From Acidobacteriota bacterium (GTDB lineage: Bacteria > Acidobacteriota > UBA6911 > RPQK01 > JAJDTT01): a stretch of DNA of 64,000 bases. The translations under genes were made by a program, and so were the position numbers. Of this stretch, positions 48,839 to 57,051 are shown in pieces. Each line of letters starts with the position of its first letter. Position 1 is the stretch's first letter. The DNA is taken from positions 3,040,001 to 3,104,000 of the forward strand of contig CBDCJH010000002.1 in assembly GCA_965217775.1 (NCBI GenBank), read 5' to 3'. Under the pieces are notes generated by a model, which searched no databases, was not told the origin of the DNA, and worked only from the letters and a program-made list of their open reading frames with translations.

Positions 48839-50068
48839 CTATTGGGCTGCCCAAATCACGAGCCGCAGCTCGCTGTCGTCGATCAGCCCGTACTCCGGGA
48901 GGCGACCGGAGAGTCTCTCACATTTTTGCATGATGATCGGCACTCCGTCGCCCCGCCGGTCCATTAGATTCACACGGCCAAGGCCGGTCGGAGCCGGACA
49001 GCGCGCCAGTAGAGACACGATCAACTGGTTTCGGCTGGCTTGGCGCAAGTGCAGGCTGTCGATAGTGAGGGTGTTTACCAGGGCGCCGGGGACATAGAGT
49101 TCAAGGCGATCCCCGAACAGGTGCAATCGCACGCGCGCCCCCGCCACCGAGTAGTCCCGGTGCGCCACCGCGTTCACCAACGCCTCGAACACCGCTCGTT
49201 CACTGAACTGCGGATGATCGGTGCGCGCGGTCGCCTTCGTCGCACGCACCAGCATGTTACGGCGGACGAAATGCAGCGCCTCGGCGACCTGTTCGTCAAG
49301 CGGCCCGCCGCGATCTCGGGCATCGGTCTGGTAATCAATGTCGGTGCGCTCTCCCGCGTAGCTGACCGCTTGCACGTACGCGTGAGGCAGCCACCGTTGC
49401 GGCTCGCGCGTGCACAGCAGGACGCCGGCGAGCGTGATTCGAGCCACCCCATCATCATCGTCGACCACCAGACGAAGCTTTCGCGCCGCCGCCTCCGAGA
49501 CGCCCTCCCGGCTGGGTTCTTCCCGCAGGAATCGGCGCGTCAGCGCATAGTCCAGATCGCCCGTCGTAGTGCCCGGCACGATGGATTCGTCGAATCGGAT
49601 CATACGACTCTGGCTGCGCTCCTGAAAAAGGCGGGCCAGAACGTCCGGGGCCATTTCATGTTTGGAGCTGCCGATCCGGCGGAAATATCCGCCCGGGCTC
49701 TTGTGTACGAACAGGCTGCGGGCAATATCCAGGCGAACGACTGGAACCAACTGTCCATCCGAGCCCGGCAATTCCAACTTGTGGATGTCGGCATCGAGCG
49801 CCGGCTTTACGGAGTCATTGCAGATTTCTCGCGCCCAGCCTTCGACGGTATCCAGAGCCTGGAGCGGAATACCAAGAATTTCCCGGGACTTGTCGTCTAC
49901 CCCCAGGATCACGGTGCCGCCTCTGGCGTTCGCAAGAGCTGCCAACTCGTCCGCCATGTCGTTCCGCTTCGGGTCCGACACGCGGCGCCCTGCCAGCACG
50001 ATCCGCTTGAGCTCCAGGGTCGAGTCCTCGCCAAGCTGTATCCGCCGAGCGAGTTCGGCGTTGGTCAT
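48839..50068 (-). CDS. Schlafen/AlbA_2 domain fused to HATPase_c_4 (RecG-C-like) domain
   Basis: GEDSTLELK, ALANARGGTVILGVDD, YFRRIGSS; EALVNAVAHRDY, SRNQLI, RGDG. Confidence 0.85.
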   Translation of the reverse strand: MTNAELARRIQLGEDSTLELKRIVLAGRRVSDPKRNDMADELAALANARGGTVILGVDDKSREILGIPLQALDTVEGWAREICNDSVKPALDADIHKLELPGSDGQLVPVVRLDIARSLFVHKSPGGYFRRIGSSKHEMAPDVLARLFQERSQSRMIRFDESIVPGTTTGDLDYALTRRFLREEPSREGVSEAAARKLRLVVDDDDGVARITLAGVLLCTREPQRWLPHAYVQAVSYAGERTDIDYQTDARDRGGPLDEQVAEALHFVRRNMLVRATKATARTDHPQFSERAVFEALVNAVAHRDYSVAGARVRLHLFGDRLELYVPGALVNTLTIDSLHLRQASRNQLIVSLLARCPAPTGLGRVNLMDRRGDGVPIIMQKCERLSGRLPEYGLIDDSELRLVIWAAQ

Positions 50069-50164
50069 TTCATCCTTTAATCTACCAACTACGGGTGGCT
50101 GGCGAGCCCGTGGACATCAGAATCGCCACAGCGTCCAATGTCTTCTTTCGTATTGCCAAGGCGA

Positions 50165-50902
50165 TCAAATCTTCTTCGCCATCCACCTCACTTCTCCGAT
50201 CACGACGGAACCTCGAGACGGCTCCGGCTCACACCCGGGATGATCGCTCTTCAGCATCCAGTTTCCCGTCTCGTCTTTCTCCGCTCTCCGGATGACGATG
50301 CCGTCTTCGGTGCGAATCACGAAGATCCGGCCCGGCTGCAATTGTTTTCGTTTGTGGTCCACCAGGACGACGCAACCCCCCGGCAGGGTGGGTTCCATCG
50401 ACTCGCCCGCCGCCGTTGGCAGCCTCCGGACCCCGACGGCCGGATTGTCGAGGACTTCCGGCTTGCCCGGCGAGACACCGGGCACTTCTGAGGCCTGGCC
50501 GCTCGCATCGGGAACCTCCGTTTACGGCCTCGGCTCCGAATGCGGTCCGATCTGGCGGCGTAGCGCCTCGATCTCCGCTTGCGAAGAGGCCAACTGGGCT
50601 TTCAATTCCAGCAACCCGGCATGGAGCTGGTCCACCCACTGCGGGTTCTCGGTTGACGACTCCGGGGTCCCGCTCACCGCCTGGATCGTCTCGTCGTGAT
50701 GCCCTCTCGGCGGCCCCACGTAGAATTCGAGTTCCAGCGCCCTGCAGATTTCGGCCAGACGTTCGCTTCCGGGCTCTCGGCCCCTGAGAACGGATCGGAT
50801 CGCGTTTTGGGGGAGCCCCGCGTCCACTGCTGCCCGGTAGGCATTGGTCCCACGGCGTTCCAATTCCCGGCGAATGACGGCTACGATCTCCGATATCTGC
50901 AT
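50165..50902 (-). pseudogene. HTH plus S24 peptidase (cI/LexA-like) repressor interrupted by an in-frame TAA at 50522-50524
   Basis: HTH (AYRAAVDAGLPQNAIRSV...RLAEICRALELEF) and S24 (GESMEPTL, VLVD, VIGEV) are in the same frame; VIRR stands where the catalytic lysine is expected. Confidence 0.8.
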
Positions 50903-50937
50903 TCCGTGATGATACTGAGAGACGTTTTCGCTATCAA
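50903..50937 (-). promoter_or_regulatory. Leaderless sigma70 promoter for the HTH-S24 gene
   Basis: TTGATA (50932-50937), 17-bp spacer, TATCAT (50909-50914), 6 nt, ATG (50902); no Shine-Dalgarno. Confidence 0.7.
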
Positions 50938-51165
50938 CAGTAAATAAATGTTCCATTTTTTCTATTGATGGAAAATTCCCAACACAACTCACTGGAACGA
51001 GCCGGCGGTTAGGGTTCGAATGGATTCCCTTGGGAACGTTGGCCAGGATGGGGTCGCCAGCACTTTCCGTTCCCGGTTCGAGTCGCTTCAACTATCGTGC
51101 ACCTGCCGGAGACGACCGTGGTCATCCCGTCTTCGGTGTTTCACCGGTTCCCGATATTGATTAGT

Positions 51166-51190
51166 GTAGAACTCTTCTGTATCCATCTAC
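51166..51190. promoter_or_regulatory. Putative VapBC operator inverted repeat
   Basis: GTAGA-N15-TCTAC just upstream of the vapB RBS. Confidence 0.4.
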
Positions 51191-51203
51191 CTGGGAGCGG
51201 ACG

Positions 51204-51461
51204 ATGGGCCTCAACATCAAGAACGAACAGACCTGCCGACTCGCCCGCGAGCTCGCCCGGTTGACCGGCGAGACCATGACCGGTGCGATTACCGTCGCCC
51301 TACGCGAACGACTGGAGCGCGAGAAACGCGATCGCAGCGTCGAAGCTCGTGTCCAAGAGTTGCGCGCGATCGCAGAACGCAGTGCCGAGTTGATGGGTCC
51401 GGGTCCCTCAGCGGTGGAGATCGGCGACCTGCTCTACGACGAGCAAGGATTGCCCAATTGA
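51204..51461 (+). CDS. vapB: VapB antitoxin (Rv0623-like)
   Basis: MGLNIKNE...LARELARLTGETMTGAITVALRERLER...LLYDEQGLP; its stop overlaps the start of a PIN toxin. Confidence 0.9.
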   Translation: MGLNIKNEQTCRLARELARLTGETMTGAITVALRERLEREKRDRSVEARVQELRAIAERSAELMGPGPSAVEIGDLLYDEQGLPN

Positions 51462-51583
51462 TCGTCGACAGCTCGGCAGTGGTCGCAATTCTGAACCGGG
51501 AGTCGGATGCCGAATACTACGAGATGGCGATCGCCTCGGCTCCGAAGTGCCGCTCCCGCGGTGACGATTGCCGGGACGGGTAG
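51458..51583 (+). pseudogene. vapC: Truncated VapC PIN-domain toxin
   Basis: Not in the ORF track. TTG start gives MIVDSSAVVAILNRESDAEYYEMAIASAPKCR, then unrelated sequence and TAG at 41 aa. Confidence 0.85.
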
Positions 51584-52903
51584 TCAGTCCGCAGAGTCCT
51601 CCGCCAAGGTCTGCTCCACGGCTCGACGAAGTCGCACCGCCTCCAGATCGGGATCGATCTCCACGTCGGACCAGCTCAAGAACCGGCCCGCTGGAACATC
51701 CCTTAGTAGTCGGACGCCATGGGCGAGTCCGATGGGAAGCCCGTTCGACGCCACGCTATCGGCAGCGGTCATGAGCTTTCCCCACACGGTGTACCCGCCC
51801 TCGCCGTCCAGGACCTCGCCACGCCGCAGATCCCGCTTGGCCACCGCCACCACGTCTCCCGCGAAACGGATCGGGTAGCCGGTCGGCTCGCCGCGCAACC
51901 CAGCGGACAGTATCGATATGCCCAGCTCAAGGCCGATCAGGTGAAAGGGCTTGTAGTGGGCGGCATAGGCGCCCGCCTGGTTGGGGTTCAGACCATATTG
52001 GCGAAAGCAGGCGGCGGTATATTCGTTGGGTGCCTCGACCACGACGTAGACTCCCCAGCGCAGGTCCCGTTCCACCTGGCTGCCGTCCCCGTGCAATGAC
52101 GAGACCACCTCCACCTGACCGTGGTGGTGCAGTTGGCCGCCGGCTTCCCGGGGACAGAGCACCTGGGCCAACTCTTCCACTCCACAGGGAGGAAAGGTCA
52201 AGCCGCCGGGAGCCGGGGTCAGACCCGTGGCATTGGCCACCGCCGCCATCTCGATGGCCGACTTGGTCCCGTCCAGGAAGGAATTGAACATCCGGGGATT
52301 CATCCGGGCGGCCCGAGCCGCCGCGGCGGTGATGCCGTAGTGGTCCCAGACCGTATCCGGAGTCGACTCGTGGTAGGCGGGCAGATATCGGGTCCCCTTT
52401 CCGGCGGCTGCCACACGGAAACCGCAGGCTCGCGCCCAGTCCACCATTTCGCAGATCAGAGCCGGCTGGTCGCCGTAGGCCATGGAATAGACCACTCCCG
52501 CGGCAGCCGCTTCCCGGGCCAGCACCAGGCCGGCCAGCACGTCGGCCTCGACGTTGACCATCACCACGTGCTTCCCCGCCCGAATGGCGCTTCGGGCGTG
52601 GGCGAGTCCGGCCAGCGGTTGTCCGGTGGCTTCCACCACCACATCGACGTCAGGGGCGGCGACCAGCTCCAGACCGTTGCGGACGATGCGGGTGCGGGCG
52701 ACCCGATCCCGATCCCAGCCCACGGCCAGACAGGTCTGCCGCGCCCGGTCCGGATCCAGATCCGCAATGACCGGAACCACCAGCCCCCGGGTCGACGGCA
52801 CTTGAGACAGGAACATGGATCCGAATTTGCCGGCGCCGATGAGGCCCACTCGGACCGGTCCCTCATTTTCGAGCCGCCGTTGGAGCAGTCGGTGCAGGTT
52901 CAT
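51584..52903 (-). CDS. NAD(P)-dependent oxidoreductase (homoserine dehydrogenase-like) with C-terminal SAF domain
   Basis: Start ATG 52903; VGLIGAGKFG, VVEATG, NVEAD, GDQP, FLDGTKSAIEM, AKRDLRRGEVLDGEGG. Confidence 0.88.
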   Translation of the reverse strand: MNLHRLLQRRLENEGPVRVGLIGAGKFGSMFLSQVPSTRGLVVPVIADLDPDRARQTCLAVGWDRDRVARTRIVRNGLELVAAPDVDVVVEATGQPLAGLAHARSAIRAGKHVVMVNVEADVLAGLVLAREAAAAGVVYSMAYGDQPALICEMVDWARACGFRVAAAGKGTRYLPAYHESTPDTVWDHYGITAAAARAARMNPRMFNSFLDGTKSAIEMAAVANATGLTPAPGGLTFPPCGVEELAQVLCPREAGGQLHHHGQVEVVSSLHGDGSQVERDLRWGVYVVVEAPNEYTAACFRQYGLNPNQAGAYAAHYKPFHLIGLELGISILSAGLRGEPTGYPIRFAGDVVAVAKRDLRRGEVLDGEGGYTVWGKLMTAADSVASNGLPIGLAHGVRLLRDVPAGRFLSWSDVEIDPDLEAVRLRRAVEQTLAEDSAD

Positions 52904-52947
52904 GGTCGCTGCCGTGCCGCCCGGAATCAATCCGGTCTACAAATGGG

Positions 52948-54801
52948 TTATGGGGATCCGGATCCCGTGTGAAAGCTGCGGTCGCCGCCGTAGGAGACCC
53001 CCTCGTCGTTGGCCACCACCAAGCGATAGTGGTAACCGGTTGAGGGTTTCAGGCCCCGGAACTCGTGAAAAACCGTGCGAGGGCTGATCTGCTGCCCAGC
53101 GTACTGCTCGGGCGTCTTGGAACCGTACCCCGGGTTGTTCCCATATTCGAAGTGAAAACGGGAACGGAGCCCCATGGCGTTGAGGCGGCCCTGGACCTTG
53201 GCCTCGCGGACGCCCACTCGCAGGGCCTTCCCGGTTCGGGCACGGGGCTTGCGGCCGTCGGGAACGGTGAAAGTCCGGTCCTCCCCGTAGACGGTTCCTT
53301 CCGCAGTGGAGGCCACCAGCCGGTAGTGAACCGTCGCGCCCGGCGTCAGGCCGTCCAGATCGGTGTTCACGTAATAGAGGTCGTCATCCGGGAGCATCCG
53401 GGCGCCGCTGCCGAAGACCTCGATCTCTCCCAGTCCCCAGTGCTCCGCCCGGTAGCCGGAGAGCAGGCGGAACTTGAGGTAACGGGCCTGGGCCGCGAGG
53501 CCGGTCTCCAGAGCGAAGGCGAAGTTGGGTCCCTGTTCCCCTTTTTTCGGCAGGGTCAGGGCCGCCAACATTTCATACTGACGGTCGTCCGCCGACGCCA
53601 GGACCTCCACCTGCTTCCCGGGCCATTCGGGGTTCTGATGGACCTGGATGGTCTTCACCGTGACCTCGCGGTCCAGTGCGAAGACGAACTCCTGAGGCCG
53701 GTCCGGCCGGCTCCCGCTGCGCCAGGTGCGGCCCGGTCCGTGGCGCCATCCATCGTTGAGCTGGGCCGGAGCCTCGACCGCGCCTTCCGGCCACCGGATC
53801 AACCGGCCGCCGTTGGGCGGATAGACCAGGGAATGATTCCGGTAGACGAGCCGAAAGTCGTCGAAGTCCAGCGATCCCGTGGGCGGATTGTCGATGTCCA
53901 CGGTGGCCGCCAGGTGAAAGAAGTCGCAGTTGACGTGGGCCTGGGCCTGATCGATGGACCAGTAGGCGTAGCGGGCGGCGCTCTCTCCCTGGAGCGTGGG
54001 ATTGTTCCCCCCATAGGTCCATTGCGAGGAATCGTTCAGCAAGCGGTAGTCGACGAGGTTCCAACGGCCGTCCAGCAATTGATCGGTGAGGGTATGCCCG
54101 GTGTAGGCCCAATTGGCGCGCCGCCATCCCGGCTGGTGCCCGAGCTCGATGTTGCTCTGGCTCTGCGTCCACCACAGGACTTCGGAGCCGTTGGGCTGCC
54201 AGTCGTTGCCCCGGGCCCAGAGGCTCACGCGAGCCCCCCGGAGATCCGGATCGCCCCCGCCCAGCCAGGCGCGGTCCGTGTCCTCTCCTGAACCCAAGGA
54301 TCCGGTCCAGAGGTACTTGGTCAGATGGAGCGTGCCGATCCCGTCGTCGTGGTTGCGATCGTGCCCGCTCGGCTCCGAGAACCGGACGAAGCCGCCCTCG
54401 GCGCCGCCCGTGTCGAAGCTCTCGCTCTCCAGCCAACTCGCCCATCCGCCGAGACCCTGGTCCCAGGTCTCGTGATAGACGGCGCCGAGACGCGGGGGCA
54501 AGGGCGTATCCTCGGTTCGCGACCCGTACTCGGTCGAAAGGCCGTATTCGAAGTAGGTGGTGGTGTAACGGCCATGGGGATGAACGCTGCCGTTGACCGT
54601 CATCGCCGTCGTGCCCAGGGCGCTTGCGGACCCCGTGGTCACGTCGGGAAGTGGAGTCGGGGTCTCTCCCGAACCTCCGTACTCCGGGGAACAAGCCCCG
54701 ATCCCCAGGAATACCAACAAGAGCTTGGGAAAAAACTTCCTCCACGGGATCGGGCCGGCGAAGTCGCGCGAGAAATTAGACATCGAGTTGTTCTGGCTCA
54801 T
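52948..54801 (-). CDS. Probable lipoprotein with fibronectin type III-like and discoidin (F5/8C)-like domains
   Basis: LLLVFLGIGAC lipobox-like; two copies each of FEYG...YGS.T and GL.P...HYRLV...G..YG.DR.F; ARYLKF...GLGEIEVFG. Confidence 0.7.
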   Translation of the reverse strand: MSQNNSMSNFSRDFAGPIPWRKFFPKLLLVFLGIGACSPEYGGSGETPTPLPDVTTGSASALGTTAMTVNGSVHPHGRYTTTYFEYGLSTEYGSRTEDTPLPPRLGAVYHETWDQGLGGWASWLESESFDTGGAEGGFVRFSEPSGHDRNHDDGIGTLHLTKYLWTGSLGSGEDTDRAWLGGGDPDLRGARVSLWARGNDWQPNGSEVLWWTQSQSNIELGHQPGWRRANWAYTGHTLTDQLLDGRWNLVDYRLLNDSSQWTYGGNNPTLQGESAARYAYWSIDQAQAHVNCDFFHLAATVDIDNPPTGSLDFDDFRLVYRNHSLVYPPNGGRLIRWPEGAVEAPAQLNDGWRHGPGRTWRSGSRPDRPQEFVFALDREVTVKTIQVHQNPEWPGKQVEVLASADDRQYEMLAALTLPKKGEQGPNFAFALETGLAAQARYLKFRLLSGYRAEHWGLGEIEVFGSGARMLPDDDLYYVNTDLDGLTPGATVHYRLVASTAEGTVYGEDRTFTVPDGRKPRARTGKALRVGVREAKVQGRLNAMGLRSRFHFEYGNNPGYGSKTPEQYAGQQISPRTVFHEFRGLKPSTGYHYRLVVANDEGVSYGGDRSFHTGSGSP

Positions 54802-54807
54802 GTGCCT

Positions 54808-54853
54808 CCTCTTCTGTCTTCTCTATTTCCTCTTTCCTCTTTCCTCACTTCTC
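54808..54853. repeat. Intergenic heptamer tract
   Basis: CCTCTTC TGTCTTC TCTATTT CCTCTTT CCTCTTT CCTCACT. Confidence 0.7.
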
Positions 54854-54868
54854 CGCCGGCTCCGGACA

Positions 54869-56938
54869 TCACGGCAGCTTGATGGCCCGGATCCGGTTAT
54901 TGTAGTGATCGCTCACCAGCAGGCATCCCTCCAGGAGCGCCAAACCGGTAGGATGGTTGAGACGGCAGCGTGTGGCAAGCCCTCCATCTCCCGATTCCCC
55001 GCCTTCACCGGTTCCGGCCAGCACTTGCACGCCCCGCTCCCGAGTCGCCACCAGCACCCGGTGGTTGCCCGTGTCCGAAATGTAGAGATTGCCGTCCCGG
55101 TCCACGGCCACTCCGCGTGGAGAGTCGAGGGGCGCCTGATCCGCCCGGGCGCCGTCGCCCGCCCGGCCACGGCGTCCCGTCCCCGCCACGGTCCGCATCC
55201 GCCCGTTGACGTCGACGCAACGGACGGCGTGGTTTCCGGTGTCGGCAAAAAAGAGGTTTCCCTCGCTGTCCACGGCCAGAGCCGACGGTCCCGAAATCGA
55301 GGCTTCATGGGCCCGCCCGCCGTCCCCGCCGAATCCAGGCCTCCCGGTGCCGGCCACGGTGGTGATGACCCCGGTGGCGGGGTCGACCCGGCGAATTCGC
55401 CCCACCGAGTCTCCCAGGTAGACGTCGCCCCGGGACGAGGCGGCCACCGAGAGCGGGGCCGTCACCGCGGCGGAGACGGAGGGTCCTCCATCTCCGGAGT
55501 CGTAGCTCATGCCGGTCCCCACATGGGTTGCAATCGAGCCCGAAGGATCGACCCTCCGGATCCGGTTGTAGCGGGTGTCGGCGATGTAGATCTCTCCGTC
55601 CGGCCCCTGCGCCACGTCGTGAGGGTTGCCCAGATAGGCCTCGACGGCCGCTCCGCCGTCCCCGCCGTAGAAGCGGACGCCATTCCCGGCGACGGTCCGG
55701 ATCTGCCAGGTCTCCAGGTCCACGGCCCGGATCCGCTGTCCCCAGAGGTCGGCGAAATAGAGGTTGCCGTCGGATCCCGCCGCGATGCCGTTGGGACCGG
55801 TGATGAAGGCGTTCGTCGCCAGACCGCCGTCTCTCACCGACACCCCCCCCAACACCGTGGAGACGATGCCGGTCCGTCCGTCCACCTTTCTGAGGCGCCC
55901 GCTGCAATCGCTCCAGAACATGGTGCCGTCCGGGTCGGCCCAGAGACCGCACTCGCAGGAATTGATCTGGCTCCTGGGACCGATGTCGCCATCCTCGCCG
56001 AACCCGGGAATCCCGGTGCCCACGACCGTCCGGACGATGCCCGTGGCCGCGTCCTCGCACCGCACCCGGAACCCGTACTTCTCGGCCACGTACAGATTGT
56101 CCCGGGCGTCGATGAAGATGGCGTCGGGCATGATGATGCAGGCGTCGGCGGCCGGGCCTCCGTCACCGATGGAGGATCGGAGGGAGCCGCAGTCCACGCC
56201 CACGGGATAGGGATTGCCCAGGACCGTGGTCAGAATGCCCCGCCGGTCGACCTTGCGGATCCGGTCGTTGCTGTTGTCGCAGATGTAGAGGTTGTCGCGG
56301 GAATCGACCGCCAGATGCTCGCAGTGATAGAGCGCGGCCTCCAGCGCCGGGATCCCGTCTCCGTTGTAGCCCCCCACGCCGATCCCGGCGTAGCGGCGGA
56401 TGATGCCCTGAGTGTCCACCTTCCGGACCGTGGACGAAGGTTCGTCGGCGATGTACAGATTGCCCTTCGAGTCCTTGGCCACGCCGGAGGAGATGTCCAA
56501 CTGCGCCTCCGTCGCCGGGCCTCCATCCCCTTCCCGGCCCCGAACGCCACACCCCGCCACGGTGGTGATGACGCCGGTGGCGGCATCGATGCGCCGGATC
56601 CGGTGGTTGCCCAGATCGCTCAGGTAGAGATTTCCGTCCCGGTCTCTCCAGAAATCATGGGGGGAGTCGAAGCGGGCGTCCCTGGCGGGTCCTCCGTCCC
56701 CGGCAAACCCCTGGACTCCGTCACCGGCGAAGGTGTGCAGAATGCCCTCGCGGTCGATCCTCCAGATGCGCTGGCCGTGGTAATCCACGACCAGGAGATC
56801 CCCTCGCGGGTCGCGCACGACTCCCATGGGCCAACCCGCGTCGGTGGTGGCGGCCTCGGTTCCGGACCGCCAGCCCACTCCGGCGATGGTGGCCACGTGA
56901 CCGCGGGGAAGATTTTGAAGAAACGCCCTCAATGACAT
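54869..56938 (-). CDS. NHL-repeat beta-propeller protein (teneurin-like GDGGPA repeats)
   Basis: About 12 repeats of TVAG.G..G..GDGG.A..A....P......DGNLYIAD..N.RIR; no evident signal peptide. Confidence 0.9.
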   Translation of the reverse strand: MSLRAFLQNLPRGHVATIAGVGWRSGTEAATTDAGWPMGVVRDPRGDLLVVDYHGQRIWRIDREGILHTFAGDGVQGFAGDGGPARDARFDSPHDFWRDRDGNLYLSDLGNHRIRRIDAATGVITTVAGCGVRGREGDGGPATEAQLDISSGVAKDSKGNLYIADEPSSTVRKVDTQGIIRRYAGIGVGGYNGDGIPALEAALYHCEHLAVDSRDNLYICDNSNDRIRKVDRRGILTTVLGNPYPVGVDCGSLRSSIGDGGPAADACIIMPDAIFIDARDNLYVAEKYGFRVRCEDAATGIVRTVVGTGIPGFGEDGDIGPRSQINSCECGLWADPDGTMFWSDCSGRLRKVDGRTGIVSTVLGGVSVRDGGLATNAFITGPNGIAAGSDGNLYFADLWGQRIRAVDLETWQIRTVAGNGVRFYGGDGGAAVEAYLGNPHDVAQGPDGEIYIADTRYNRIRRVDPSGSIATHVGTGMSYDSGDGGPSVSAAVTAPLSVAASSRGDVYLGDSVGRIRRVDPATGVITTVAGTGRPGFGGDGGRAHEASISGPSALAVDSEGNLFFADTGNHAVRCVDVNGRMRTVAGTGRRGRAGDGARADQAPLDSPRGVAVDRDGNLYISDTGNHRVLVATRERGVQVLAGTGEGGESGDGGLATRCRLNHPTGLALLEGCLLVSDHYNNRIRAIKLP

Positions 56939-56977
56939 GCGTCCGCCTAATTCTATGCTTCGTTACAGGGCCGGGGA

Positions 56978-57010
56978 AGGCGAGGAGATGAGGAAAGAGA
57001 AAAGAGGGAA
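56978..57010. repeat. Intergenic heptamer tract, inverted relative to 54808-54853
   Basis: GATGAGG AAAGAGA AAAGAGG; 56989-57010 is the reverse complement of 54826-54847 at 20 of 22 positions. Confidence 0.6.
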
Positions 57011-57051
57011 GCGATCCGGTTGAGTGCCGCGGGTGCGTTCGGGGTAAGCTG

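Noticed and set aside
51010-51092. GGTTCGAAT and GGTTCGAGTC tRNA T-loop-like motifs as a possible att site or tRNA remnant
   Set aside because: The flanks do not form a T-stem or acceptor stem, and no matching repeat was found at the other end of the island
47172-51583. Prophage or integrative element call for the island
   Set aside because: No integrase, transposase, structural or replication genes, and no bounding direct repeats were seen
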